Shown one piece after another: positions 1 through 12,803 of a stretch of 64,000 nt of DNA. The notes beneath the pieces are model-generated. The model made no database searches. It saw nothing but the letters and a program-made list of their open reading frames with translations, and was not told the origin of the DNA. The DNA lies in the NCBI GenBank assembly GCA_963727485.1, contig CAVSGM010000011.1, positions 288,001-352,000 of the forward strand, read 5' to 3'. The position numbers were made by a program, and so were the translations under genes. The stretch comes from an uncultured delta proteobacterium. GTDB taxonomy: Bacteria; Myxococcota; Myxococcia; SLRQ01. Within the stretch, counting starts at the first letter, position 1. Each line of letters starts with the position of its first letter.

Positions 1-100
1 ACCACTAGCCCACCCCAGATGGGCAAGGCAAGGCGCGCCCGCCGGCGGGGTCCGGGGGCGCGGAATTGACACCGGCCCTCCGGATCCCAATCATTCGCCG

Positions 101-1462
101 ATGCCTCGCCTCCGCCGCCTCGACGCCTCCGACCGCGCCTTCCCAAGGCGCTTCGCCCGCCTCTGCGCCCGGGGCGACCCCGCCGACGACCCGGCGCTCA
201 CCGAGTCGGTCGCCGGGATCGTCGCCGAGGTGCGCCGCCGGGGCGACGCGGCGGTCCGCGCCTTCACCGCCCGCTTCGACGGGTGGACCCCCCACACCGG
301 CCGCGACCTGGAGATCCCCCGGGACCAGCTCGAGGCGGCGACCCGGGAGGTGCCCCGGGACGTCCTCCGGGCCCTGAAGCTCGCCCACCGGCGGATCACC
401 GAGTTCCACCGCCTCCAGCGGGAGCGCGACGTGGGCCTCAAGGACGACCGGGGCGACCGGGTGGAGCAGATCGTCCGCCCCCTCGACCGGGTGGGGCTCT
501 ACGTCCCCGGGGGGACCGCCCGGTACCCCTCGTCGGTGCTGATGACCGCGGTGCCGGCGCGGGTCGCCGGGGTGCGCGAGATCATCATGGTCTCGCCCAC
601 GCCGGGGGGCGAGCCCGACCCGGCCCTCCTCGCCGCCGCCCAGGTCTCCGGGGTCGACCGGGTGTTCCGCATCGGCGGGGCCCAGGCGGTGGCGGCGCTC
701 GCCTACGGCACCAAGACCGTGCCCCGGGTCGACAAGATCGTCGGCCCCGGCAACGCCTACGTCGCCGCCGCCAAGCGCCTGGTCCGCGGGGCCTGCGACG
801 TGGACATGGAGGCGGGGCCCAGCGAGGTCCTGGTGGTCGCCGACGACTCGGCCCGGGCGGACTTCGTCGCCGCCGACCTCCTGGCCCAGGCCGAGCACGA
901 CCCCCGGGCGGTCCCGGTCCTGGTGACCTCCCACGCGCCGCTGCTCGACGCGGTGGAGGCGGCGCTCGGCGAGCAGCTGGCCACCCTCCCGCGCCGGGCC
1001 ATCGCCGAGTCGGCCCTGAAGCAGGGGGCGGCGATCCTCGTCCCGGACCTCGACACCGCCCTCGAGGTCGCCAACGCCTTCGCCGCCGAGCACCTCGAGC
1101 TCATGGTCCGCCGGCCCCGGCAGGCCCTGGCCCAGGTGAAGGCCGCCGGCGCCGTGTTCCTCGGGGCCCACACCCCCGAGCCGGTGGGTGACTACGTCGC
1201 CGGCCCCAGCCACGTCCTCCCCACCGCCGGGACCGCGCGCTTCGCCTCGCCTCTGGGGGTCCACCACTTCCTCCGGCGCACCAGCGTCCTCGAGTTCTCC
1301 CCCGCGGGCCTGGAGGCGGTGGCGCCGGCGGTCATGCGCCTCGCCGAGGTCGAGGGCCTCCACGCCCACGCCCGGGCGGTGGCCCTGCGCCAGGCGGCGC
1401 GGAAGCGGCCCGGGCGGGGCAAGGCCGGCCCCGCAGGCGGCAAGGGCGGAGGTGGCGCGTGA
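101..1462 (+). CDS. hisD: Histidinol dehydrogenase
   Basis: Motifs [54 protein letters not shown]; first gene of the his cluster in the window. Confidence 0.97.
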   Translation: MPRLRRLDASDRAFPRRFARLCARGDPADDPALTESVAGIVAEVRRRGDAAVRAFTARFDGWTPHTGRDLEIPRDQLEAATREVPRDVLRALKLAHRRITEFHRLQRERDVGLKDDRGDRVEQIVRPLDRVGLYVPGGTARYPSSVLMTAVPARVAGVREIIMVSPTPGGEPDPALLAAAQVSGVDRVFRIGGAQAVAALAYGTKTVPRVDKIVGPGNAYVAAAKRLVRGACDVDMEAGPSEVLVVADDSARADFVAADLLAQAEHDPRAVPVLVTSHAPLLDAVEAALGEQLATLPRRAIAESALKQGAAILVPDLDTALEVANAFAAEHLELMVRRPRQALAQVKAAGAVFLGAHTPEPVGDYVAGPSHVLPTAGTARFASPLGVHHFLRRTSVLEFSPAGLEAVAPAVMRLAEVEGLHAHARAVALRQAARKRPGRGKAGPAGGKGGGGA

Positions 1463-2529
1463 CCTGGCGCCACCGCCTGCGCCCGAGCCTCGCCGGCATC
1501 GACGCCTACCACGTGCCCCGGCCGGCGGGCCTCGTCCACCTCGACGCCAACGAGTGCCCCGAGCCCCCGGACGACGCCCTGCGCCAGCGGGTCGCCGCCC
1601 TCGCCGGCGCCCTCGACCTCAACCGCTACCCCGATCCCCAGGCGACGGAGCTGCGCGCGGCCCTCGCCGCCCACCACGGCGTCGATCCCGACCAGGTCGT
1701 GGTGGGCAACGGCTCCGACGAGCTCATCGCCCTGCTCCTCACCGCCTTCGGCGCCCCGGGCTCCGAGCCGGCGCGGGTGGCCTTCCCGGCGCCGAGCTTC
1801 TCCATGTACGGGCTCCTCGCCGAGGCCCTCGGCGCCGAGGTGGTCCCCCTGCCCACCAGCCGCGCCTTCGAGATCGACGTCGAGGCCACCCTGGGTCGCC
1901 TCGCCGAGGCGAGGCCCAGCCTCCTCTTCCTGGCGCGCCCCAACAACCCCACCGGCGCCCTGTGGCCCCGGGCCCTGGTCGAGGGCGCCGTCGCCGCCAC
2001 CGACACGGTCACCGTCGTCGACGAGGCCTACGCCGACTTCGCCGGGGAGACCTGCCAGGACCTCCTCGAGGGCCACCCCAACCTGGTGATCCTCCGGACC
2101 CTCTCCAAGGTGGGCTTCGCCGCCCTGCGCCTGGGCTACGCCCTCTGCCACCCCGACCTCGCCCGGGAGCTGGAGAAGCTGCGGCTGCCCTACAACGTGG
2201 ACGCCTTCACCCAGGCGGTGGCCACCGAGGTGGTGCGCGACTGGGACGCCCTGGTCGCCCCGCGGATCGCCCGGGTGGTCGCCGAGCGCGCCCGCCTCGC
2301 CGAGGGCCTCGCCGCGCGGGGGCTCGAGGTCTTCCCCTCCCGGGCCAACCTCCTCCTGGTGCGGGTCGCCAATCCCACGGCGTGCTTCACGGCCCTCAAG
2401 GACCGTGGGATCCTGGTGCGCAACCTCCACCGGGAGGGGACGCCGCTCGCCGGGTGCCTGCGCATCACCGTGGGCACCGCCGCCGAGAACGACCAGCTCC
2501 TCGCCGCCCTCGAAGGGATGAACCCATGA
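1459..2529 (+). CDS. hisC: Histidinol-phosphate aminotransferase
   Basis: LDANE, NRYPD, GNGSDELI, PNNPTG, VDEAY, PLP-lysine motif RTLSK..FAALRLGY; GTGA overlap with hisD. Confidence 0.96.
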   Translation: MTWRHRLRPSLAGIDAYHVPRPAGLVHLDANECPEPPDDALRQRVAALAGALDLNRYPDPQATELRAALAAHHGVDPDQVVVGNGSDELIALLLTAFGAPGSEPARVAFPAPSFSMYGLLAEALGAEVVPLPTSRAFEIDVEATLGRLAEARPSLLFLARPNNPTGALWPRALVEGAVAATDTVTVVDEAYADFAGETCQDLLEGHPNLVILRTLSKVGFAALRLGYALCHPDLARELEKLRLPYNVDAFTQAVATEVVRDWDALVAPRIARVVAERARLAEGLAARGLEVFPSRANLLLVRVANPTACFTALKDRGILVRNLHREGTPLAGCLRITVGTAAENDQLLAALEGMNP

Positions 2530-3131
2530 CCCGCAGCGCCGTCATCCTCCGCAAGACCGCGGAGACCAGGATCCGGGTGGAGCTCGGCCTCGACGGGAGC
2601 GCCACCCGCCACGTGGACACCGGCATCGCCTTCTACGATCACATGCTCGACCAGGTGGCGCGCCACGGCCTCTTCGATCTCAGGGTCGAGGCCGAGGGCG
2701 ACCTCCACGTCGACGCCCACCACACCGTCGAGGACGTGGCCATCGCCCTCGGCCAGGCCTTCAATCGGGCGCTGGCCGACCGCGCCGGGATCTCCCGCTT
2801 CGGGAGCGCCCGGGTGCCCCTCGACGAGGCCCTCTCCGAGGTCACCCTGGACCTGGGCGGCCGCCCCTACCTGGTCTTCCACCCCGGTCCCCTCGACGGC
2901 CGCCGGGGGGAGATCCTCGGCGGGCTCCCGGTGGACCTGGTCGATCACTTCTTCCAGAGCTTCGCCGTCGCCGCCCGGGCCGCGGTCCACGTGGAGGTCT
3001 GCTACGGCGACAACCTCCACCACTGCGTGGAGGCCACCTTCAAGGCCTTCGCCCGGGCCCTCAAGGCCGCGGTGGCCGTGGAGCCGGGCCACCCGGGGGT
3101 GCCGAGCACCAAGGGGACCCTGAGTGCCTGA
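2526..3131 (+). CDS. hisB: Imidazoleglycerol-phosphate dehydratase
   Basis: Start ATG at 2526 (MTRSAVILRKTAET); motifs DAHHTVED and NLHHCVEATFKA. Confidence 0.96.
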   Translation: MTRSAVILRKTAETRIRVELGLDGSATRHVDTGIAFYDHMLDQVARHGLFDLRVEAEGDLHVDAHHTVEDVAIALGQAFNRALADRAGISRFGSARVPLDEALSEVTLDLGGRPYLVFHPGPLDGRRGEILGGLPVDLVDHFFQSFAVAARAAVHVEVCYGDNLHHCVEATFKAFARALKAAVAVEPGHPGVPSTKGTLSA

Positions 3132-3768
3132 GGTCGTCGTCCTCGACTACGGCGCCGGGAACGTCACCAGCGTCGTCCGGGCCCTCGGCCGCGCCGGCGC
3201 CACCGCCACCGTGAGCCGCGACCCGGCGGTCGTCGCCGCGGCGGGGCGCCTGGTGTTCCCGGGGCAGGGGGCGCTGCCGGACTGCATGGCCCGCCTCGCC
3301 GAGGGCGGCCTCGACGAGGCGGTGCGCGCCCAGATCGCCGCCGGGAACCCCTACCTGGGCATCTGCCTCGGCCTCCAGGCCCTCTTCGAGAAGGGCACCG
3401 AGCACGGCGGGAGCGCCGGCCTCGGGGTCCTCGCCGGGGACGTCGTCCGCTTCCCCGAGGGCCTCGAGCAGTCCGACGGCACACCCCTCAAGGTGCCCCA
3501 CATGGGGTGGAACGCGGTGCGCCTCGCCGAGGCCGGGCGCGGGCACCCGGTCCTCGGGCGCCTCCCCGACGGGGCCTGGTTCTACTTCGTCCACAGCTAC
3601 TATGCCCGGCCCGGGGACCCGGCGGCGGTCGCCGCCACCGCCGAGCACGGGATCCCCTTCTGCGCCGCCGTGGCCCGGGACAACCTCCTGGCCTGCCAGT
3701 ACCACCCGGAGAAGAGCCAGGCGGCGGGCGAGGCGCTGCTCCGGGCCTGGCTCGAGGGGACCGGCTGA
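3124..3768 (+). CDS. hisH: Imidazole glycerol phosphate synthase, glutaminase subunit
   Basis: DYGAGN, GICLGLQ, PHMGWN, YFVHSY, QYHPEKS. Confidence 0.96.
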   Translation: MPEVVVLDYGAGNVTSVVRALGRAGATATVSRDPAVVAAAGRLVFPGQGALPDCMARLAEGGLDEAVRAQIAAGNPYLGICLGLQALFEKGTEHGGSAGLGVLAGDVVRFPEGLEQSDGTPLKVPHMGWNAVRLAEAGRGHPVLGRLPDGAWFYFVHSYYARPGDPAAVAATAEHGIPFCAAVARDNLLACQYHPEKSQAAGEALLRAWLEGTG

Positions 3769-4541
3769 TGCGCGTGCTCCCGGCCATCGACCTCCAGGGC
3801 GGCCGCTGCGTGCGCCTCAAGCAGGGGCGCTTCGACGACGCCACCGTCTACGCCGAGGACCCGGCGGCCCAGGCCCGGGCGTTCCTCGACGCCGGGGCGA
3901 GGTGGCTCCACGTGGTGGACCTCGACGGCGCCTCCGCCGGCGCCCCGAGGAACGCCCGGGCCCTCAAGGCCATCGCCGCCACCGGGGCCCGGATGGAGGT
4001 CGGCGGGGGGCTGCGGGACCTCGCCACCATCGCCAGCGCGCTGGCCCTGGGCGCCGAGCGGGTGGTCCTCGGGACCGTCGCCGTCACCGACCCCGAGCTC
4101 CTCGCCCAGGCCTGCCGCCGGTACCCCGGCCGGGTGCTGGTGGCCGTGGACGCCAAGGGGGGCGAGGTGGCGGTCGACGGCTGGGCCCGCCAGAGCGGCC
4201 AGTCGGTCCTGGAGGTCGCCCGGCGGGCCCGGGACGCCGGCGCCGTGGGCCTCCTCTACACCGACATCGCCCGGGACGGCATGGGCGCCGGGGTCAACGT
4301 CGAGGCCACCGCCGAGCTCGCCGCCGCCAGTGGCCTGCCGGTCATCGCCTCCGGGGGCGTCCGGGATCTCGCCGACCTCGACGCCCTCGCCGGCCACCCG
4401 GGGATCGAAGGCGCCATCGCCGGCCGCTCGGTCTACGAGGGCACCCTCGACGTCGCCGAGGCCTGCCGCCGCCACGGGGCCTCGCCGCTGTTCCCCGACG
4501 GCCCCCTCGGCGGCGCCCAGCCGGGGGAGGAGTCGCCCTGA
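3768..4541 (+). CDS. hisA: ProFAR isomerase
   Basis: ATG at 3768 (TGATG overlap); [33 protein letters not shown]. Confidence 0.95.
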   Translation: MRVLPAIDLQGGRCVRLKQGRFDDATVYAEDPAAQARAFLDAGARWLHVVDLDGASAGAPRNARALKAIAATGARMEVGGGLRDLATIASALALGAERVVLGTVAVTDPELLAQACRRYPGRVLVAVDAKGGEVAVDGWARQSGQSVLEVARRARDAGAVGLLYTDIARDGMGAGVNVEATAELAAASGLPVIASGGVRDLADLDALAGHPGIEGAIAGRSVYEGTLDVAEACRRHGASPLFPDGPLGGAQPGEESP

Positions 4542-5683
4542 TGCTCGCCCGGCGCATCATCCCCTGCCTCGACGTGAAGGACGGCCGGGTGGTCAAGGGG
4601 GTGAAGTTCGTGGACCTCCGGGACGCCGGGGACCCGGTGGCCGTCGCCGAGGCCTACGACCGCCAGGGCGCCGACGAGCTGTGCTTCCTCGACATCTCCG
4701 CCTCCCACGAGGGCCGGGGGACGCTCCTGGAGATGGTGGCGAAGGTCGCCGACCGGGTGCGGATGCCCTTCAGCGTCGGCGGGGGCGTGCGCTCGGTGGA
4801 CGACGTGCTGGCGCTGCTCGGGGCCGGGGCCGACAAGGTCGCCATCAACACCGCCGCGGTCACCGATCCCCAGCTCGTGGCCCGGGCGTCCCGGCGGGTA
4901 GGCAACCAGGCCATCGTCGCCGCAGTGGACGCCCGGCGCGACGGCGACCGCTGGACCGTCTACACCCACGGCGGGCGGACGCCCACGGGGCTCGACGCCG
5001 TCGACTGGTGCCGGCGCCTCGCCGACCTCGGCGCCGGCGAGATCCTCCTCACCTCCATGGACCGCGACGGCACCCGCGACGGCTACGACCTCGCGCTCAC
5101 CCGGGCGGTCGCCGGCGCGGTCCCGATCCCGGTCATCGCCTCCGGGGGCGCCGGGTCCCTCGCGGATCTCGCCGCGGGCCTGGTCGAAGGCGGCGCCGAC
5201 GCGGTGCTCGCCGCCTCGCTCTTCCACTTCGGCGAGCTCACCGTCCCCGAGGTCAAGCGCCACCTCTTCCTCCAGGGGGTGCCGGTGCGCCCGCCGCGGC
5301 CGGCCCTGGCCCTCGGCGCCCTCCTCGGCGCGGTGCGCTTCGACGATCGGGGCCTGGTCCCGGTGGTGGTCCAGTCGGTGGACACCGGGAAGGTGCTGAT
5401 GGTGGCCTGGGCCGACGCCGACGCCCTCACGGTGACGGCCCGGACGGGCCTGGCCACCTTCCACAGCCGCAGCCGCGACGCCCGGTGGGTCAAGGGTGCC
5501 ACCAGCGGGAACCTCCAGTCGGTGGTCGAGTTGCGCCTCGACTGCGACGGGGACACCGTCCTCTACCGGGTCCGGGCCGAGGGCCCGGCGTGCCACCTGG
5601 GCACCGAGACCTGCTTCGCCCGCACCTTCGATCCCGAGACCGGCCTCGCCCCGGTGCCCGAATCCGACCCCGAGGAGCCCTGA
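4541..5683 (+). CDS. hisF-hisI: Fused IGP synthase cyclase (HisF) and phosphoribosyl-AMP cyclohydrolase (HisI)
   Basis: [12 protein letters not shown]...LLTSMDRDG...AASLFHF reads in frame into GLVPVVVQ...WVKGATSGN...DCDGD...ACHLG..TCF. Confidence 0.9.
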   Translation: MLARRIIPCLDVKDGRVVKGVKFVDLRDAGDPVAVAEAYDRQGADELCFLDISASHEGRGTLLEMVAKVADRVRMPFSVGGGVRSVDDVLALLGAGADKVAINTAAVTDPQLVARASRRVGNQAIVAAVDARRDGDRWTVYTHGGRTPTGLDAVDWCRRLADLGAGEILLTSMDRDGTRDGYDLALTRAVAGAVPIPVIASGGAGSLADLAAGLVEGGADAVLAASLFHFGELTVPEVKRHLFLQGVPVRPPRPALALGALLGAVRFDDRGLVPVVVQSVDTGKVLMVAWADADALTVTARTGLATFHSRSRDARWVKGATSGNLQSVVELRLDCDGDTVLYRVRAEGPACHLGTETCFARTFDPETGLAPVPESDPEEP

Positions 5684-6027
5684 TGGACGACCACGTCCTC
5701 GACGCCGTCTACGCCGTCATCCGCCAGCGGCAGGCCTCCGCCGGGGGCGAGTCCTACGTGCACACCCTGACCCAGCGCGGCCTCCCCAAGGTCCGGTCCA
5801 AGGTCCAGGAGGAGGCCGGCGAGCTCCTCGAGGCCTCGATCCACCTGGAGCACGGGGGCCCCGAGGCGGCGGTGGTGGCCGAGTGCGCGGACCTCTTCTT
5901 CCACGCCCTGGTGCTCCTCGGGGCCCAGGAGATCCCCGCCGAGGCGGTGTGGGCCGAGCTCCGCCGGCGCTTCGGGATCGGGGGCCTGGTGGAGAAGGCC
6001 GGGCGAAAAGACGGCGGATCGCCTTGA
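5683..6027 (+). CDS. hisE: Phosphoribosyl-ATP pyrophosphatase
   Basis: ATG at 5683; SYVHTL, KVQEEAGE, ECADLFFH..VLL, ELRRRFG. Confidence 0.93.
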   Translation: MDDHVLDAVYAVIRQRQASAGGESYVHTLTQRGLPKVRSKVQEEAGELLEASIHLEHGGPEAAVVAECADLFFHALVLLGAQEIPAEAVWAELRRRFGIGGLVEKAGRKDGGSP

Positions 6028-6051
6028 CAGCGGGGATTTCGTCAATAAGAT
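6024..6051 (+). promoter_or_regulatory. Sigma70-type promoter for rpsU
   Basis: TTGACA (6024-6029), 16 nt spacer, TAAGAT (6046-6051) in an AT-richer gap; overlaps the hisE stop codon. Confidence 0.6.
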
Positions 6052-6152
6052 TCGGCTCTTTGTAGGTCCAGCAGAACGTTTGCCACGCCCGCCGGCAATC
6101 CCCCAGAGGGGCCGAGCGGGCGAATCTCCATCGAGAGGCAGGTGAGAGCCAG

Positions 6153-6353
6153 ATGACGAGCGTCCGCGTCAAGGAAGGTGAGTCCTTCGAAAACGCGATG
6201 AAGCGCTTCAAGAAGTCGTGCGAGAAGGCGGGAATCCTCTCGGAGATCCGCAAGCGTGAGCACTACGAGAAGCCCAGCATCAAGAAGAAGAAGAAGTCCC
6301 TCGCCGCGCGCAAGCGCGCGCTGAAGAAGCTGCGCAAGTCGGGCGGGATGTAG
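6153..6353 (+). CDS. rpsU: 30S ribosomal protein S21
   Basis: [39 protein letters not shown]. Confidence 0.98.
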   Translation: MTSVRVKEGESFENAMKRFKKSCEKAGILSEIRKREHYEKPSIKKKKKSLAARKRALKKLRKSGGM

Positions 6354-6371
6354 TCGCCCGATACGTCGTTC

Positions 6372-6402
6372 CCCCCTCCGCCCCTCGAGGCGGAGGGGTT
6401 TT
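6372..6402 (+). terminator. Intrinsic terminator between rpsU and dnaG
   Basis: CCCCTCCGCC/GGCGGAGGGG hairpin followed by a T-run. Confidence 0.75.
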
Positions 6403-6435
6403 CCACCGGGGCGGCCTGCCGTCCCGGCGCCCCCC

Positions 6436-8241
6436 GTGCCAGGCATCCCAGAAGACAAGATCGCCGAGGTGCGGTCCCGCGCCGACATCGTTCGCGTCGT
6501 CGGCAGGGTGGTGAACCTCAAGAAGGCCGGGCGCTCCTGGAAGGGCTGCTGTCCCTTCCACTCGGAGAAGACGCCCTCGTTCTACGTGCACCCCGAGAAG
6601 CAGATCTTCCACTGCTTTGGCTGCCAGGCCGGCGGCGACGTCTTCCGGTTCCTCATGGACCACGAGGGGCGTACCTTCCCCGAAGCGGTCCGGATGCTCG
6701 CCGAGGAGGTGGGCATCGACCTCCCCGAGGCCAGTGGCGTCGACGCCGCCCGGGCCCGGGCCGAGAAGGCCGCCCGGCAGCGCCTGGTCGACGCCAACGC
6801 CGCCGCCGCCGAGGTCTTCACCGGCTGGCTCGCCGATCCCGAGGCGGGAGGCCCCGGACAGGCCCACCTCGCCGACCGGGGCATCGACGCCGGGACGGCC
6901 CAGCGCTTCGGCCTGGGGTATGCCCCCCTGCGGAACGATCTCTCAGCGCGGCTTGTTGGTCGCGGCGTGGACGTGCAGACCCAGGAGGCCGCCGGGCTCC
7001 TCGCCCGGAACGACCGCGGTGCGTACGAGCGCTTCCGCGGGCGGCTGATGGTCCCCATCCGCACCCCCGAGGGCCGGCCCGTGGCCTTCGGCGCCCGGAC
7101 GGTCGAGGGCGACCACCCCGCCAAGTACCTCAACTCCCCCGAGTCGGCGGTCTACCGGAAGAGCGAGGTCCTCTACGGCCTCGACCTCGCCCGGGAGCAC
7201 GTCCGCCGCCGGAACGCCGCGGTGGTGGTCGAGGGCTACTTCGACGTCATCGCCCTCCACCAGGCCGGGGTCGCCCACGCGGTGGCCACCTGCGGCACCG
7301 CGCTCACCGAGGGCCACTGCCGCCTCCTCGCCCGGCACTGCAAGGACGTGTTCCTGGTCTTCGACGGCGACGCCGCCGGGGCCGAGGCCGCGGCCCGGGC
7401 CCACGAGGTGGTGGAGACCGTCCCCAGCCTCGTCGCCCGGGTGGTCCGCCTCCCCGAGGGCGAGGACCCCGACACCTTCGTCCGCAGCCGCGGCGCCGAG
7501 GCCTTCGAGCGCCTCTGCGAGCAGGCCGTTCCCGTCACCGAGTTCCTCCTCGACCGGGCCCTGGCCGGCGTCGGCGGGAGCGTCGAGGACCGGGTCCGGG
7601 CGGTGGAGGTGGTGCGCCCCATCCTCGGCCGGGTCCGCAATCGGCTGGCCCGCAAGCTCTACGTGGCCCGGGTGGCCGACCGCCTGGGGATGAACGAGCG
7701 CACCCTCATCGCCTACCTCCGGGGCGAGGACATGGACCGCCCCGGCCCCGGCCCCGGCGGCCGCGGCCCGAGGGCCCCCGAGCGCCCCACCGTGCCGCCC
7801 CCCGCCGCCGAGGAGGCCCTCTGCCTCCTGGCCCTCGAGCACCCGGGGCTCCTGGTGGAGATCCGCCCGGTCATCGAAGACCTCACCCACGCGGGCGTCC
7901 GGGATCTCCTCGCCGCCCTCGCCGAGGAGTACGCCGCACGGGGCACCGTGGACGTCCCCGGGGCCCTGTCGCGCCTCGAGGACCCGTCCCTCGCCGCCCG
8001 CTGGCGCGGCCACCTCGCCGGCACCGCCGAGCAGGAGGCCGTCCTCGACGCCACCGAGGCGTCCCGGTGGGCCCAGCAGCACCTACGTCGCATCCGCCTC
8101 TCCGCCATCGACAGGCGGGAGGCCGCTCTCCGCCGCCGCCAGACCGAGGATGCCATCGATCCCCTGGTCGCGGCGCGGGAGCTGAATGAGCTCAAGGCCG
8201 AACGTCGTCGCCTCTCCAAGGCGTCCCCCCGATCCGTGTAG
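6436..8241 (+). CDS. dnaG: DNA primase
   Basis: CHC2 zinc finger CPFH.EKTPSF...[25 protein letters not shown] and FDGDAAG. Confidence 0.97.
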   Translation: MPGIPEDKIAEVRSRADIVRVVGRVVNLKKAGRSWKGCCPFHSEKTPSFYVHPEKQIFHCFGCQAGGDVFRFLMDHEGRTFPEAVRMLAEEVGIDLPEASGVDAARARAEKAARQRLVDANAAAAEVFTGWLADPEAGGPGQAHLADRGIDAGTAQRFGLGYAPLRNDLSARLVGRGVDVQTQEAAGLLARNDRGAYERFRGRLMVPIRTPEGRPVAFGARTVEGDHPAKYLNSPESAVYRKSEVLYGLDLAREHVRRRNAAVVVEGYFDVIALHQAGVAHAVATCGTALTEGHCRLLARHCKDVFLVFDGDAAGAEAAARAHEVVETVPSLVARVVRLPEGEDPDTFVRSRGAEAFERLCEQAVPVTEFLLDRALAGVGGSVEDRVRAVEVVRPILGRVRNRLARKLYVARVADRLGMNERTLIAYLRGEDMDRPGPGPGGRGPRAPERPTVPPPAAEEALCLLALEHPGLLVEIRPVIEDLTHAGVRDLLAALAEEYAARGTVDVPGALSRLEDPSLAARWRGHLAGTAEQEAVLDATEASRWAQQHLRRIRLSAIDRREAALRRRQTEDAIDPLVAARELNELKAERRRLSKASPRSV

Positions 8242-8254
8242 CGCAGGAGACCCC

Positions 8255-10585
<2,331 letters not shown>

Positions 10586-10716
10586 GCCGGCGGAGGGGGG
10601 CGTGGCCTGGGGTCGCGTCTCCCAAACCGAAGGGCGCACGTGGGCGTCGGCTCGCGGCGGGTGCTCGCTTGAAGCCTTCAGGCGCCGAGTGGCACGGAGC
10701 CTGAGGGGCCGCTTGG

Positions 10717-11046
10717 TGGGCCCGCCCGGATTCGACCCCGCATGTGGAGGCCGGCGAAGCCGCACCCTACGGGGCAAATCCGGTGTACCCCGGAGCCACG
10801 AGCTCCCAGGTGCCACGTGTCGTGAATGGGCCCGCCCGGATTCGACCCCGCATGTGGAGGCCGGCGAAGCCGCACCCTACGGGGCAAATCCGGTGTACCC
10901 CGGAGCCACGAGCTCCCAAGTGCCACGTGTCGTGAATGGGCCCGCCAGGATTCGACCCCGCATGTGGAAGCCGGCGAAGCCGCACCCTACGGGGCAAATC
11001 CGGTGTACCCCGGAGCCACGAGCTCCCAGGTGCCACGTGTCGTGAA
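10717..11046. repeat. Three tandem 110-bp direct repeats abutting the tRNA 3' end, each with a tRNA 3'-end copy
   Basis: Units start at 10717, 10827 and 10937 and differ at only 3 positions; the fourth TGGGCCCGCC at 11047 is the tRNA itself. Confidence 0.97.
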
Positions 11047-11119
11047 TGGGCCCGCCAGGATTTGAACCTGGATCTAACCGGTTATGAGCCGGCGGTTTTG
11101 ACCGTTAAACTACGGGCCC
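11047..11119 (-). tRNA. tRNA with CAT anticodon, probably tRNA-Ile2 (lysidine-modified)
   Basis: Reverse complement folds as a cloverleaf: GGGCCCG/CGGGCCC acceptor, GTTT/AAAC D-stem, GCCGG-CTCATAA-CCGGT, CCAGG-TTCAAAT-CCTGG, discriminator A, no adjacent CCA. Ile2 inferred from C4-G69/C5-G68 pairs and position beside rpoD. Confidence 0.93.
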
Positions 11120-11194
11120 GGGCGTGGAAATATCACAGCCGCGGCCTGGAACCAGCTCCGGGCAAGGTCGACGGCGCCCGGGGAGGCCGGGCCC

Positions 11195-12042
11195 ATGGAC
11201 GAACGTACCCTCGGGAGCAAGGCAAGACGCATGGTCGGTGTGGTCCTCTTTGGCATCGGGCTCTCCTACGTCGTCGTCGGCGGTGGGGTGTTCGCCCTCC
11301 AGCGCAAGCTGGTGTTCCCGGCGCCGCCGGCGCAGCCCATGCCCACCGTGCCCGGGGCGGAGCAGCTCGCGATCCCGGGGAACCCCGGGCCGATCCACGC
11401 CCTGCGCCTGCCGCCGAAGGGCGACGCGCCCACGGTGCTCTTCTTCCACGGGAACGGGGAGCAGCTCGCGGACCTACCCGGCTTCGTGCAGGCGCTCCAC
11501 CTGAAGGGGCTCGGGGTGGTGGCCATGGAGTACCCGGGGTACGGGGCGAGCGCCGGGCAGAAGCCCAGCGAGGAGGCCATCGACGCCGACGCCGAGACCC
11601 TGATCCGCTGGCTCGAGGCGAACCGCGGGCTCACCGAGGACCGGCTGATCCTCGCCGGGCACTCCCTGGGCACCGGCGTGGCGACGGAGATGGCGGCGCG
11701 GGGGCACGGCCGGCGGCTGGTGCTCCTCTCGCCCTACACCTCCATCGCCGCGGTGGGGGCGCGGGTGGTGCCCTGGCTGCCCACCCGCCTGCTCACCCTC
11801 GACCGCTTCGACACCGCGGCCAAGGCGCCGAAGATCGAGATGCCGGTGCTCATCGTCCACGGCGGGCGGGACGTGGTGGTCCCGGTGCGGATGGGGAAGA
11901 AGCTGGCGAAGATCTTCCCCCACGCGACGCTGGATCTTGGCCCCGGGCGACCCACGATGTCCTCGACGACGTCCCGGATCTCGCCGGGGAGATCGCCCGC
12001 TTCGCCCGGGGCGAGCCGCCGGTGATCGCCCGGCACCCCTGA
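11195..12042 (+). CDS. Alpha/beta hydrolase with N-terminal TM helix; frameshift near 11945
   Basis: FFHGNGE, GHSLGTGVA nucleophile elbow, HGGRDVVVP; the likely catalytic His (THDVL) is in another frame ending at 12042. Confidence 0.85.
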
Positions 12043-12079
12043 TCCGCGGGGGAGGCGTGCCGGGCGCCCGGCCGCCGCC

Positions 12080-12724
12080 CTAGAGCAGGGCGTCGAGGCC
12101 CGGGAGGACCTCGGCCCCGGTGGCGGCGAGGCGCTCGGGGGCCTGGTGGCCGCTGGGGACGAGCACGCAGCGCACGCCCATGGCCCGGGCGACCTCGGCG
12201 TCGTGGTCGGTGTCGCCGACCATGAGCACCGAGTCCGGGTCCACGTCGAGGGTGGCGATGAGGGCCCGCCCCTGGGCGACCTTGCCGCCGGCGTAGTGGT
12301 CCTCGAGGCCCACCAGCCGGCCGAAGCGGCCCGCGACCGAGAGGCGCCTCGCCTGGCCCTCGAGGCGGTGCTGCTGGCTGGCCGAGAGGACGCTCTGGCC
12401 GAGGCCGGCGTCGGCGACGGCGTCGAGGACCTCCCGGGCCGCCGGGTGGAGCTCGCAGGCGGTCTCCCGGGCCTGGTAGCCGTCGATGAACTCGGTGCCC
12501 ACCGCCTCGAAGGGCTCGGCCTCGAGGTCGAAGCCCAGGTCGGCGTAGTAGGCGCGCACCGGGAACCGAAAGACCCGCTGGTAGCGCTCGGCGGTGAGCC
12601 CGGGGAGGCCCCGCGCCTGGAGGAGGCCGTTCATCACCGAGACGCAGAGCCAGGCGTCGTCGAGGAGGGTGCCGTTCCAGTCCCAGATGAGGTGGCGGAC
12701 TCCGTCGAGGGGCGCGGGCGGCAT
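12080..12724 (-). CDS. HAD-family hydrolase (phosphoglycolate phosphatase-like)
   Basis: IWDWNGTLLDD motif I; MVGDTDHDAEVA motif IV. Confidence 0.9.
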   Translation of the reverse strand: MPPAPLDGVRHLIWDWNGTLLDDAWLCVSVMNGLLQARGLPGLTAERYQRVFRFPVRAYYADLGFDLEAEPFEAVGTEFIDGYQARETACELHPAAREVLDAVADAGLGQSVLSASQQHRLEGQARRLSVAGRFGRLVGLEDHYAGGKVAQGRALIATLDVDPDSVLMVGDTDHDAEVARAMGVRCVLVPSGHQAPERLAATGAEVLPGLDALL

Positions 12725-12803
12725 GGGCGCATTCTCGGGCCCGGTCGTCGCCGGCGCAACCGGCCCCGCCGCGCTCGCCCCGGGCCCCCGCCCCCGCGCG
12801 CCG

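Noticed and set aside
10770..10810. c-di-GMP-I (GEMM) riboswitch suggested by GGGCAAA followed by a hairpin
   Set aside because: Lacks the GNRA loop and the GACGCAAAGC segment, and there is no downstream gene in position
10717..11046. CRISPR array
   Set aside because: Whole 110-bp units are near-identical with no unique spacers, and there are no cas genes in the window
10602..11065. ORFs running through the repeat array
   Set aside because: The 110-bp period is not a multiple of 3 and there is no clear RBS or host-like codon pattern
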